A stretch of 64,000 bases of DNA from Chloroflexi bacterium bin125 (lineage in GTDB: Bacteria > Chloroflexota > Dehalococcoidia > Bin125). A program made the translations under genes and the position numbers. Below the pieces are notes generated by a model. The model searched no databases and was not told the origin of the DNA. It was given only the letters and a program-made list of their open reading frames with translations. The DNA is taken from contig MPNM01000013.1 in the NCBI GenBank assembly GCA_002239025.1, positions 2,575-66,574 of the forward strand, read 5' to 3'. Positions 28,226-35,844 of this stretch are shown here, one piece after another (within the stretch, counting starts at the first letter, position 1; each line of letters starts with the position of its first letter).

Positions 28226-30070
28226 TCAGATTTCGAATATGCGCAACAGGTCATCTCTTGACAACTTCCGCTCCACGCCTTCCACGCTGAGTGAGTCCAC
28301 CACGTCGAGAAACAGGTCCCGCTTAGAGTCCAGCAGACTCTGAATCCGCTCCTCCACTGTGTCAACTGCCACAAGGGTCTGTTCAAACACCGCACGCTGC
28401 TGTCCGATCCGATGAGCGCGTGCTGTCGCTTGGTTCTGCGTCGCCGGATTCCACCAGGAGTCAAAGTGCACCACGTGATTCGCGCGAAAGAGATCAATTC
28501 CAGTTCCACCTGCCTTCACCTGCAGGACCAACACGTTCAGTGAGTCACCGGCCTGAAACTCTTCCTTCAGGCGGTCACGATCTCGTTGTCGCGTTGAACC
28601 AGTGAACTGCGCCGACCCGTACGACGATAGCGCGGCCTCAACCATATCGATAGCACCAAGGAACTGGCTGAAAACCAGCACCTTTTCACCTGCCTCACGA
28701 GCATGTTGCACATACTCCTGCAGCCAATCTAGTTTCGCGCTCGATCCCGGAGTGCCGTTACAAATTTGCTTTAGCTTGGTGATATGCGCACGTAGCGTGA
28801 ACTCTGTTTGTTCTCCTTGCAGAATCTCCTTGACCGTCGTACCGAAGGCCTGATCATACTCGCGACGTTCAATGTCGGAAAGATCAATGGGTACGATTTC
28901 GGCTTTGACCTCTGGCAACTCTTGAAGCACCTGTGATTTCAGACGTCGGAGCATCAGAGGCTTCGCAGCACGCCTGATCGCTTGGGGAGTGTGCGAATAG
29001 CCCCTGATCGAGTCCGGATCGCAGAATCGCAAGATACTAGCTAGTTCTTCAACCTGGTTTTCAAGCGGCGTTCCTGTCAACGCCCACTTGAGTTTGGCGC
29101 GTTGCCTCATTGCGGAGCGATTGCGCTGTGTGTTTCGGTTCTTTATGTGTTGCGCCTCATCCACAATCAGAACGTCCACATCCGGTGGAAGCCCCTCTTC
29201 TGAGTCGTTCGCGAATCGCTGATAACCAACCACCCCAACGCGGAGGTCATAGTCGCCTAGTTCACGCCATAACCGTCGCCGAAGGCCTAACGGCTCTTGT
29301 AGAGACGCCACAGGAAGCTCCGGAGCCCAGAGGTTGAAGTGCCTAACCCAAGATGTCACCACTGCCGGTGGTGCCAACACCAGTGCGCTGCGAGCGATGC
29401 CCCGGCGAAACAGAACCCGCAGTGCAACCACCGCTTGTACGGTCTTCCCCAAACCCATGTCATCCGCCAGAAGGGCCCCTTTTCCACTCCTCAATAGGAA
29501 ATCGACACCATCGCCTTGGAATTCATATAGAGGATGTGGCAAACCCAAATCTGAATGCCGATTCGCGAGTCCCTCGGTCAGTGGTGGTTCGAGCACAAAC
29601 AGGAGCGATCTCAGCAGTCGTCGCAAAGCTGCGTCCTCGTCTGGTCCATTGCTTGACCGCTGTCGTATGCTCTCCTCTTGACTTTGACGCGCTAGCCTCG
29701 GTTCGCCCCGCTCGAAAATGACTCCGGATACCTTTGCGGGTTTCACCCACGCCACCTCGACAGCACCTACAAACGACGTTGTGGTCAGTTCCACTGACTC
29801 TGCCACTGGCCGAGTTAGAGACGTTGCCTCATCAGCACTTATGTAGGGAAGTTGCGGATGCAGCGAAGTGATTGGTCTAGTCCGGGGTACGGGAAAAGGA
29901 CCGAACTCAATCGCTTCAATACTGAGACTTAACTTCGCCGATGTGCTTATGACCTCGACCGTAGCTTTTGCTGGCGTCCGAAGCGGGACGCCGGCTGTCC
30001 GCTTCCGCAAACGTGGCGCTACCACTCGTATGAAGAGGCTGCGGGCCGATCTGTTAGCTGAAGCGCGCAT
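28226..30070 (-). CDS. SNF2-family (SF2) DNA-dependent ATPase/helicase with an uncharacterised ~190-aa N-terminal region
   Basis: LADDMGLGKTVQ (motif I), VLIVDEAQHIKN (motif II), WALTGTPLEN (motif III), GGTGIDLFRANHVVHFDSWWNPATQNQATARAHRIGQ (motifs V-VI). Local GC is lower. Confidence 0.88.
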   Translation of the reverse strand: MRASANRSARSLFIRVVAPRLRKRTAGVPLRTPAKATVEVISTSAKLSLSIEAIEFGPFPVPRTRPITSLHPQLPYISADEATSLTRPVAESVELTTTSFVGAVEVAWVKPAKVSGVIFERGEPRLARQSQEESIRQRSSNGPDEDAALRRLLRSLLFVLEPPLTEGLANRHSDLGLPHPLYEFQGDGVDFLLRSGKGALLADDMGLGKTVQAVVALRVLFRRGIARSALVLAPPAVVTSWVRHFNLWAPELPVASLQEPLGLRRRLWRELGDYDLRVGVVGYQRFANDSEEGLPPDVDVLIVDEAQHIKNRNTQRNRSAMRQRAKLKWALTGTPLENQVEELASILRFCDPDSIRGYSHTPQAIRRAAKPLMLRRLKSQVLQELPEVKAEIVPIDLSDIERREYDQAFGTTVKEILQGEQTEFTLRAHITKLKQICNGTPGSSAKLDWLQEYVQHAREAGEKVLVFSQFLGAIDMVEAALSSYGSAQFTGSTRQRDRDRLKEEFQAGDSLNVLVLQVKAGGTGIDLFRANHVVHFDSWWNPATQNQATARAHRIGQQRAVFEQTLVAVDTVEERIQSLLDSKRDLFLDVVDSLSVEGVERKLSRDDLLRIFEI

Positions 30071-30587
30071 CTTCTTCCGCGACGATGTTATGGACCTTCA
30101 TGATTCGTGAAAAGACGTCGTAAGGATCGAATTGCGTACGTGCTCGCTCCAATAGCGCGACGATCTCCTCACGATCTCTCGCCGGGATCGACGAATATTG
30201 AATAACGCTAAGCGCTGGTTGATTAGCTGAAGATGATAACGTCTGCACGTCAAACTCGTCGATAAGGGCCACCGACTCTTGGTGGGTCAAATGAGCAGTT
30301 GCATATGCGCCGTCACGATCTAGCGCCATCAGGTCATTGACGAAGACTACTCGCGGCTTGTACTCAAGCTGCGACATCAGAGGAGAAGCGATCAACTCGG
30401 CTACAACGTGTTCGTTTAGTGTCGATCCATAGGCTGCACGGACAAGTGCATTGGGCCGGACCCAAGCAGCGATTCGATACTCAAGTGGCTTGCCTGACTC
30501 ATCAGTCACCATTAGGCCGCCTCGATACTCGGACAAACCTATGTCGCCCGCGAAGATGCCCAAGAAGCCGATCCGGTGCCCGACCAT
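30054..30587 (-). CDS. Uncharacterised 177-aa protein, translationally coupled to the SNF2 ATPase
   Basis: ATG 30587 has AGGAG 9 nt upstream. Its stop (30054) lies 17 nt inside the SNF2 ORF. It has no TM or signal sequence and no motif I can assign. This is the lowest-GC stretch I counted (about 45% in one 60-nt line). Confidence 0.6.
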   Translation of the reverse strand: MVGHRIGFLGIFAGDIGLSEYRGGLMVTDESGKPLEYRIAAWVRPNALVRAAYGSTLNEHVVAELIASPLMSQLEYKPRVVFVNDLMALDRDGAYATAHLTHQESVALIDEFDVQTLSSSANQPALSVIQYSSIPARDREEIVALLERARTQFDPYDVFSRIMKVHNIVAEEDARFS

Positions 30588-30616
30588 GCGCTCTTGCTCC
30601 TAGAACCGGTCTCAGT

Positions 30617-31897
30617 CTACCCCTTGCCCAACTTACGGAATCGCACCAGACGGATCCGGCGGTTGTCCGACTCGACCACGGTCCAGCGATAGCCGTAGAG
30701 GTCGATTGACTCGTCGGTCTGTGGGATGCGGCGGAAGCGCTGCAGCAGCATGCCGGCGACCGTTTCCGCTTCCTCGTCCGAGAAGTCAACTTCCAGTTCC
30801 GCGCCGAGATCGGTCAAGCCGCGGCGACCCTCGACGAACTGCTCGCCGGCGATCCGCACGGGCACCGGCTCCGAGCCTTCGCGCGTTTCACTGCGGATGT
30901 TGCCCACCACGAGCTCGAGGATGTCTTCCAGGGTGACCAGGCCTGAGGTTGCGCCGAACTCGTCGATCAGCAGCATCAGGTGATGCCCAGTCGTCTGCAT
31001 CTGTGTCAGCACTCGCTGCACCGAGGCCCGCTCCGATTCGAACGGGGCCTCGCGCATGACGTCGCGCACATGCCGCTCGCGATTGCCCTGGCCCAACTGG
31101 GCCAGCACGTCGGAGCCGTGCAAGTAGCCGATGTAGTGGTCCTCGGTCCCCGAGCGGACCGGCAGACGCAGGAACCCGGCCGCGCCAAAGGCCCGGCCCG
31201 CCTCTTCCAGCGTCGCGCCTGAGTCGATCGAGGCGATCTGCGGCCGACCGGTCATAATCCTTCGGACCTGCGTCTCGCCCAGGCGCAGCGCGCCGAGCAG
31301 GACGGACGTGTCTTGCACTTTCAGCTCGCCCTCTTCGCGCGACTGCACGATTGCCGTGCGCAGCTCGCCCATCGAGAGCGCGGTGCTGGCTTCTTCCTGT
31401 CCACCGACCACTCTGAGCCAGATGCGCGAGGTCCAGTCCAGCGCAACCACCGCCGGACGGGTCAATCGTGCCCACCAGGTGAGCGGGATTGAGTAGTACC
31501 GAGCCACAGCCAGGTTGTGGTGCAGCGCCACCGACTTGGGGCCGATCTCGCCGAAGATCACGAGCAGAATGGTCACGGCAACCGTGGCCACTACAATGCT
31601 GAGTCCTCCGCTGCTGCCGAAGAGTTCCTGCGCAATCACCGCGCCCACGGTTGCTGCGCCCGTGTTGACGAGATTGTTGCCAACCAGGATCGAAGCGAGC
31701 AGGCGGCGCGGCTCCTGCAGCAACGCGGCTGCGCGGTCGGCGCCGGGCAATCGACGCTGACGCTCATGCTCAAGCCTCACGCCCTCAATTGAGAGGTACG
31801 AGGTCTCGGCGCTGGAAAAAAATGCCGATAGCGCCAGCAGCGCCGCCAGTAGGACGAAATACTCAATCACGGACCGACTCCCTGTCCCGTCCGACAC
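30617..31897 (-). CDS. CNNM/CorC-type hemolysin-family protein (DUF21 TM domain, CBS pair, CorC_HlyC)
   Basis: 426 aa with N-terminal TM helices ending in ...GEIGPKS, then a CBS-pair region, then a C-terminal transporter-associated domain. Confidence 0.82.
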   Translation of the reverse strand: MSDGTGSRSVIEYFVLLAALLALSAFFSSAETSYLSIEGVRLEHERQRRLPGADRAAALLQEPRRLLASILVGNNLVNTGAATVGAVIAQELFGSSGGLSIVVATVAVTILLVIFGEIGPKSVALHHNLAVARYYSIPLTWWARLTRPAVVALDWTSRIWLRVVGGQEEASTALSMGELRTAIVQSREEGELKVQDTSVLLGALRLGETQVRRIMTGRPQIASIDSGATLEEAGRAFGAAGFLRLPVRSGTEDHYIGYLHGSDVLAQLGQGNRERHVRDVMREAPFESERASVQRVLTQMQTTGHHLMLLIDEFGATSGLVTLEDILELVVGNIRSETREGSEPVPVRIAGEQFVEGRRGLTDLGAELEVDFSDEEAETVAGMLLQRFRRIPQTDESIDLYGYRWTVVESDNRRIRLVRFRKLGKG

Positions 31898-32195
31898 ATA
31901 GCGGACGGAAGCTGTCCCCTGTTCGAGTCAGGGGCTGTGAAACCCTACGCTACTCTTCGGACATGGTGACACCGACAGAAACCCTCAGCGTTGTAGACGC
32001 AGCCGACATCCTGAATGTCGATTCCGATGCGCTGCTAGATGAAATTCGCAGCGTCGCAGCCGCAGCCGAGCGACCCTCGGCGCGTGATTGAACGATTCCC
32101 GGACCGGCGCTCAGTGTGAGCGTCTTTGTCGGCGGGAAGCTCGCAGTCTGCGAACGGGACAAGCCCGGCTCGGACGATTGGCGCGTCAGGCTCCC

Positions 32196-32870
32196 ATGAG
32201 CGCAGCCAACAGCGCGGCAACGGCGCGGTACCGTTCGGTGATCTTCGATCTCGACGGAACACTCGCCGACACCGAGCCGCTGGTCATCGGTTGCATGCTT
32301 GAGACGATCAACGCGCACGGCCATCCCGTCGACAAGGAGTTGCTGCTCAAGTACATCGGACCACCGCTGCCGGTGATGCTCCACAACATGCTCGGGCTCA
32401 ACGCCGAACAGGCGCAGCCGATCTACATGGACTACCTGAGGCGCTACGAGGACACCTACATGCCGCGCACGCGTCCCTTGCCCGGCGCAGAGGCGCTACT
32501 CGACGCGCTCTGCGAGGCGGATGTTCCAATGGCCGTGGTCACGAACAAGCGTGAGGATGCGGGTCGCAAGACGGTCGAGCTGCTCGGCTGGACCGATCGC
32601 TTCGAAACAATCATCGGCGCCGACACCGCCAGCGACCCAAAACCGCACCCTGCACCACTCATGCACGCTCTGGACATTCTCAATGGAGAACCAGAGACAT
32701 CGGCAATGGTGGGAGACACGGAATCGGACATGGGAGCGGGAAAGAACGCCAAATTCGCCGGCGTGATCGGCATTGTCGGAGTGCGGGACGACGAATACCT
32801 ACGCCGATACGGAGCCACTCACACGGCCGAAGACCTCGCGGCTGTTCAAGGTTTGCTGTTCACTGGCTGA
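32196..32870 (+). CDS. HAD-superfamily hydrolase (phosphoglycolate phosphatase-like)
   Basis: VIFDLDGTLADTE (motif I), VVTNK (II), MVGDTESDMGAG (IV). ATG at 32196. Confidence 0.82.
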   Translation: MSAANSAATARYRSVIFDLDGTLADTEPLVIGCMLETINAHGHPVDKELLLKYIGPPLPVMLHNMLGLNAEQAQPIYMDYLRRYEDTYMPRTRPLPGAEALLDALCEADVPMAVVTNKREDAGRKTVELLGWTDRFETIIGADTASDPKPHPAPLMHALDILNGEPETSAMVGDTESDMGAGKNAKFAGVIGIVGVRDDEYLRRYGATHTAEDLAAVQGLLFTG

Positions 32871-33327
32871 TCTGAAGCGTTGGCGGGCCCATGGCTATAT
32901 CAACGTTCTCTGAGACTCTGGTGAAGTCTCCATCGTAGGTCGCGAAGTAGCGGGCCTCCGCGTGGACCGCTGAAGCCAAATGGATGGCATCAAGAACCGT
33001 CAACCGCTCACGGTCATTCGACGCAACCCGAACGAACTGCCTGGCTCGCAGGGCAACTGTTTCGTCGAGCTGCACCAGACCGATGAGGCGTTCGTTCAGC
33101 AAAAGCGAGTTGATTCGCCTGTCGAGCTCTTCGGGACTGAGTCTCGAATGCGTCTGTCGCAAGTACACAACTTCGGCCAACGAGACGATCGAGGTGATGG
33201 CTCGCAATGTCCCGCTTGACGAGGCTGTCAGAACGCGCTCTATAGTGTCAGCTCGACCGGGTTCGTTGTTGAACCAAGCGATGAACACACCGGCATCAAA
33301 GTAGACAGAATCAACGCCGGGTGGCAT
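32860..33327 (-). CDS. vapC: PIN-domain protein (VapC-like toxin)
   Basis: VYFDAGVFIAW..., ...SLAEV..., VLDAIHLASAV..., FATYDGDF supply the four acidic PIN positions. Lower GC. Confidence 0.75.
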   Translation of the reverse strand: MPPGVDSVYFDAGVFIAWFNNEPGRADTIERVLTASSSGTLRAITSIVSLAEVVYLRQTHSRLSPEELDRRINSLLLNERLIGLVQLDETVALRARQFVRVASNDRERLTVLDAIHLASAVHAEARYFATYDGDFTRVSENVDIAMGPPTLQISQ

Positions 33328-33568
33328 CGCGCATCTGTCGCACATTCACGTGCGCTGGCGGGTCATCCTCGCTCCAATCGAAGATTCCCCTCGTCGCGCG
33401 CCAGTCACCGGAGTCGGACGGTTCGTCATCGTTCTCAAAACCACTCTTGCCGTGAGGCTCGGCAAGAGTGGCGATTCCTGCGATAGGCAGCAGGGACTGG
33501 CAATGTGGGCATCGCGCCTCGGACCCTGATGAACGCTCAGTCACGACTCGGGCACTCTTCTCCCTCAA
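33311..33568 (-). CDS. Small ORF upstream of and overlapping the PIN gene; putative atypical antitoxin
   Basis: It overlaps the PIN start by 17 nt. There is no ATG start (TTG 33568 or a downstream GTG). It contains CPHC and an acidic tract and has no recognisable family. Confidence 0.35.
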   Translation of the reverse strand: MREKSARVVTERSSGSEARCPHCQSLLPIAGIATLAEPHGKSGFENDDEPSDSGDWRATRGIFDWSEDDPPAHVNVRQMRDATRR

Positions 33569-33586
33569 ATGGCCTATCTGAACCTG

Positions 33587-34369
33587 CTACTGATTGAAGA
33601 CCGGTTCACGCTTCTCCAGGAACGCCGTCACGGCCTCAGTGTGGGATGGCAGGCGTCGCGACTCCCTGTCTCGTGCGCCTTCTCGCTCCATGACTCGCAT
33701 GAGGTTGGGCTCGGTCACGTTGTCGTTGAGCAGCGTCTTGATCTTGCGCACGACGGCCGTAGGGTTGTTGGCCAGTTCTTCGGCCTTGGCCATCGCGGTG
33801 TCGAACAACTCTTCCTTGGGCACGACCGCCGATACCAGGCCGATCCGCGCCGCCTCGTCTGCTGGGACCATTCGGCCTGAGAGACAGATGTCGGTTGCGT
33901 GTCCGAGTCCGACCAGTTGCGCCAGCAGGCGGGTCGAGCCCAGTTCCGGAACCAGGCCGACCTTGACGAAGCGAATCGACAGTTTCGTGTTCTCCGCTGC
34001 GTAGCGGACGTCGGCAGGCAGTGCGAGCGTCAGCCCGACGCCGACGGCGTAGCCGTGAATAGCGACGATGACCGGCTTGGACTCTCGAATGAACTGGGTC
34101 CAGTTGACTTCGCGACCCGCGCCGGCGCTGGCTTCGGGATCGTCGGCCAGCCGTTGGTTGAAGCCCTGCAGGTCGGCGCCGGCGCAGAAGGCGCGACCCT
34201 CACCGGCCAGCACGATCGCGCCGATGCCGTCGTCGTTGTTCCAGGCCTCGATCTGATCAGTCATCTCCTCGGCCATCTGACTGGTCCAGGCATTCAGCTT
34301 CTCGGGCCGGTTCAGCCGAATCACGCCGACGCGTCCGATCGTCTCGGTCAGAATCTGTTCGTGTGCCAT
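33587..34369 (-). CDS. Enoyl-CoA hydratase/isomerase (crotonase) family protein
   Basis: RLNRPEKLNAW..., GEGRAFCAGADL, AIHGYAVGVGLTLAL. ATG at 34369. Confidence 0.88.
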   Translation of the reverse strand: MAHEQILTETIGRVGVIRLNRPEKLNAWTSQMAEEMTDQIEAWNNDDGIGAIVLAGEGRAFCAGADLQGFNQRLADDPEASAGAGREVNWTQFIRESKPVIVAIHGYAVGVGLTLALPADVRYAAENTKLSIRFVKVGLVPELGSTRLLAQLVGLGHATDICLSGRMVPADEAARIGLVSAVVPKEELFDTAMAKAEELANNPTAVVRKIKTLLNDNVTEPNLMRVMEREGARDRESRRLPSHTEAVTAFLEKREPVFNQ

Positions 34370-34402
34370 CAAACTCCGCTCTCCACTGGTTTGTAACGAG
34401 AT

Positions 34403-34441
34403 GCGCCAAGTCTATATGTCGTGTGAAACATGACTTGGCGC
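34403..34441. promoter_or_regulatory. 10-bp inverted repeat GCGCCAAGTC-N19-GACTTGGCGC in a divergent intergenic region
   Basis: Read from the sequence. It lies between the crotonase start (34369) and the DUF4097 start (34494). Confidence 0.35.
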
Positions 34442-34493
34442 CGAACAATGGGATCAAGCGCATCGCCACATCGACATCTCTAGGCTCCAGCCT

Positions 34494-35216
34494 ATGGGCC
34501 GCACCTTTGAACTCCGCGACGTCGGGGGCCTCGAGATCGCCACAAGATCGGGGCGGGTGCTGATCATCGCCGAGCCCGATCGCGCGAACATCGAGGTCGA
34601 CGGCCTGCTCGACCGCAGCAAGAAGCGTCGGGTCTGGCGCGAGGGCGGACGCTTGCACATTCGCTCCGGACGCGGCTCCAACGCGCTCACCGTCCGCTGC
34701 CCGGCCGGGACCGATCTGACCGCCGCTAGCCACTCCGGCCGAGTCGAACTCCGCGGCGACCTCGGCGATGTTCGCCTCTTCACGCACAGCGGCCAGATTC
34801 AGGTCGAGCGGGCGCGTTCGGTCGAGGCGCGCTCGACCAGCGGACGGATCAGCATTGAGCAGGTGCATGGACGAGCCGCCGCCTCCGTGGTCTCCGGGGC
34901 GGTCGATATTCGTCAGGCGCACAGCGCTCGCGTCGGATCGGTCAGCGGCAGCCTCAATCTGCACGAGATCCAGGGCAAAGTCGACGCGATGAGCGTGAAC
35001 GGCAGCGTCAAGATCAACACCGCCGGCGCTGGCGACATTCGCGTCGGCACCGTTTCCGGCAACGTCAACATTCGCGTCCCCAGGCAGCGCCGGCCCAGCG
35101 TTCGCGCCAGGCGCAAGTCGGGCAGCCTCAAGGTCAACTGCGAAACCGGCGACGACCTGGCGATTAACGTCGCTACCGTCTCCGGCTCCGTGAGCGTCGG
35201 CAATCCACGCGGCTGA
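34494..35216 (+). CDS. DUF4097-type beta-strand repeat protein
   Basis: Repeated SG.v.i....g motifs: HSGRVELRGDLGDV, HSGQIQVE, TSGRISIEQV, VSGAVDIRQA, VSGSLNLHEI, VNGSVKINT, VSGNVNIRV, VSGSVSV. No signal peptide or TM. Confidence 0.7.
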   Translation: MGRTFELRDVGGLEIATRSGRVLIIAEPDRANIEVDGLLDRSKKRRVWREGGRLHIRSGRGSNALTVRCPAGTDLTAASHSGRVELRGDLGDVRLFTHSGQIQVERARSVEARSTSGRISIEQVHGRAAASVVSGAVDIRQAHSARVGSVSGSLNLHEIQGKVDAMSVNGSVKINTAGAGDIRVGTVSGNVNIRVPRQRRPSVRARRKSGSLKVNCETGDDLAINVATVSGSVSVGNPRG

Positions 35217-35765
35217 GTGATGATCACCACGATGACCAATCCTATCGCCGCCAAATCTCCGCCCCCCACGGTGGCCGGTGCGGTCGTCTTCACCGACATT
35301 GTCAGCTTCACCGAGTTCACCGCGATCGAAGGTGACGAGGCGGCCAACGCCCTGCTCACGGCGCAGGAAGACATCGTCAACGCCGTCCTCCCGCCCGAGG
35401 CCCGTCTGGTCAAGGAGTTGGGCGACGGCCTGATGCTCTGGTTCCCCGACGCCGAGTCCGCGCTGCGCATCTGCCTGACGCTTCTCCGACGGTTCGAGGA
35501 CTACTCCTCCTCCACCTTGCAACCCCTCTGGGTGCGCATGGGCATTCACTGGGGACGCCAGACCCGACGCCGCGACGATCTGATCGGGCACGATGTGAAT
35601 CTTGCCTCCCGCATCGCCAACCAGGCCGGCCCGTCCGAGCTGCTCCTCTCCGAAGACACCGTCCGCCAGCTCGACCGACCGATCACCGATCTCGAGGAAA
35701 TCGGCTTGGTCGTGATGAAGGGCATCCCCGACCCCATCCGCCTCTTCCGCGCATTGCCGGAGTAA
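35217..35765 (+). CDS. Stand-alone class III nucleotidyl (adenylate/guanylate-type) cyclase catalytic domain
   Basis: 182 aa. VVFTDIVSFTEF (metal Asp), LVKELGDGLMLWF (Lys plus second Asp), IGHDVNLASRI (Asn/Arg). GTG/ATG follows directly after the upstream TGA. Confidence 0.85.
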   Translation: MMITTMTNPIAAKSPPPTVAGAVVFTDIVSFTEFTAIEGDEAANALLTAQEDIVNAVLPPEARLVKELGDGLMLWFPDAESALRICLTLLRRFEDYSSSTLQPLWVRMGIHWGRQTRRRDDLIGHDVNLASRIANQAGPSELLLSEDTVRQLDRPITDLEEIGLVVMKGIPDPIRLFRALPE

Positions 35766-35844
35766 TCATCCTTCTGCGACGGCTGGATCGGGATATTGGG
35801 CCTTGCGCAACGGGGCGGTCGGGCCAACACCCTACCCTGCCTGA

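Noticed and set aside
30054-30140. An Rx4H (RIMKVH) motif near the C-terminus of the 177-aa protein, which could be a HEPN RNase signature.
   Set aside because: A single short motif with a hydrophobic residue after the Arg could easily arise by chance. It is not enough to call a HEPN domain without structure or profile support.
30587-30617. The possibility that the CNNM gene belongs functionally to the SNF2 cassette, given the 29-nt gap on the same strand.
   Set aside because: The CNNM gene has native high GC and is a common housekeeping ion-transport family. The compositional break occurs right at its stop. Read-through co-transcription remains possible, but a functional link is unsupported.
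31963-32091. A possible 42-aa HTH-like ORF (MVTPTETLSVVDAADILNVDSDALLDEIRS...) in the CNNM-HAD spacer.
   Set aside because: It has only a weak resemblance to excisionase/AlpA-type HTH proteins. It is very short, I could not see a clear RBS, and it cannot be supported without homology evidence.
34257-35591. A 444-aa minus-strand ORF.
   Set aside because: It is antisense to the DUF4097 and cyclase genes, which have clear family motifs. Its composition is low-complexity Ala/Gly/Asp/Arg.
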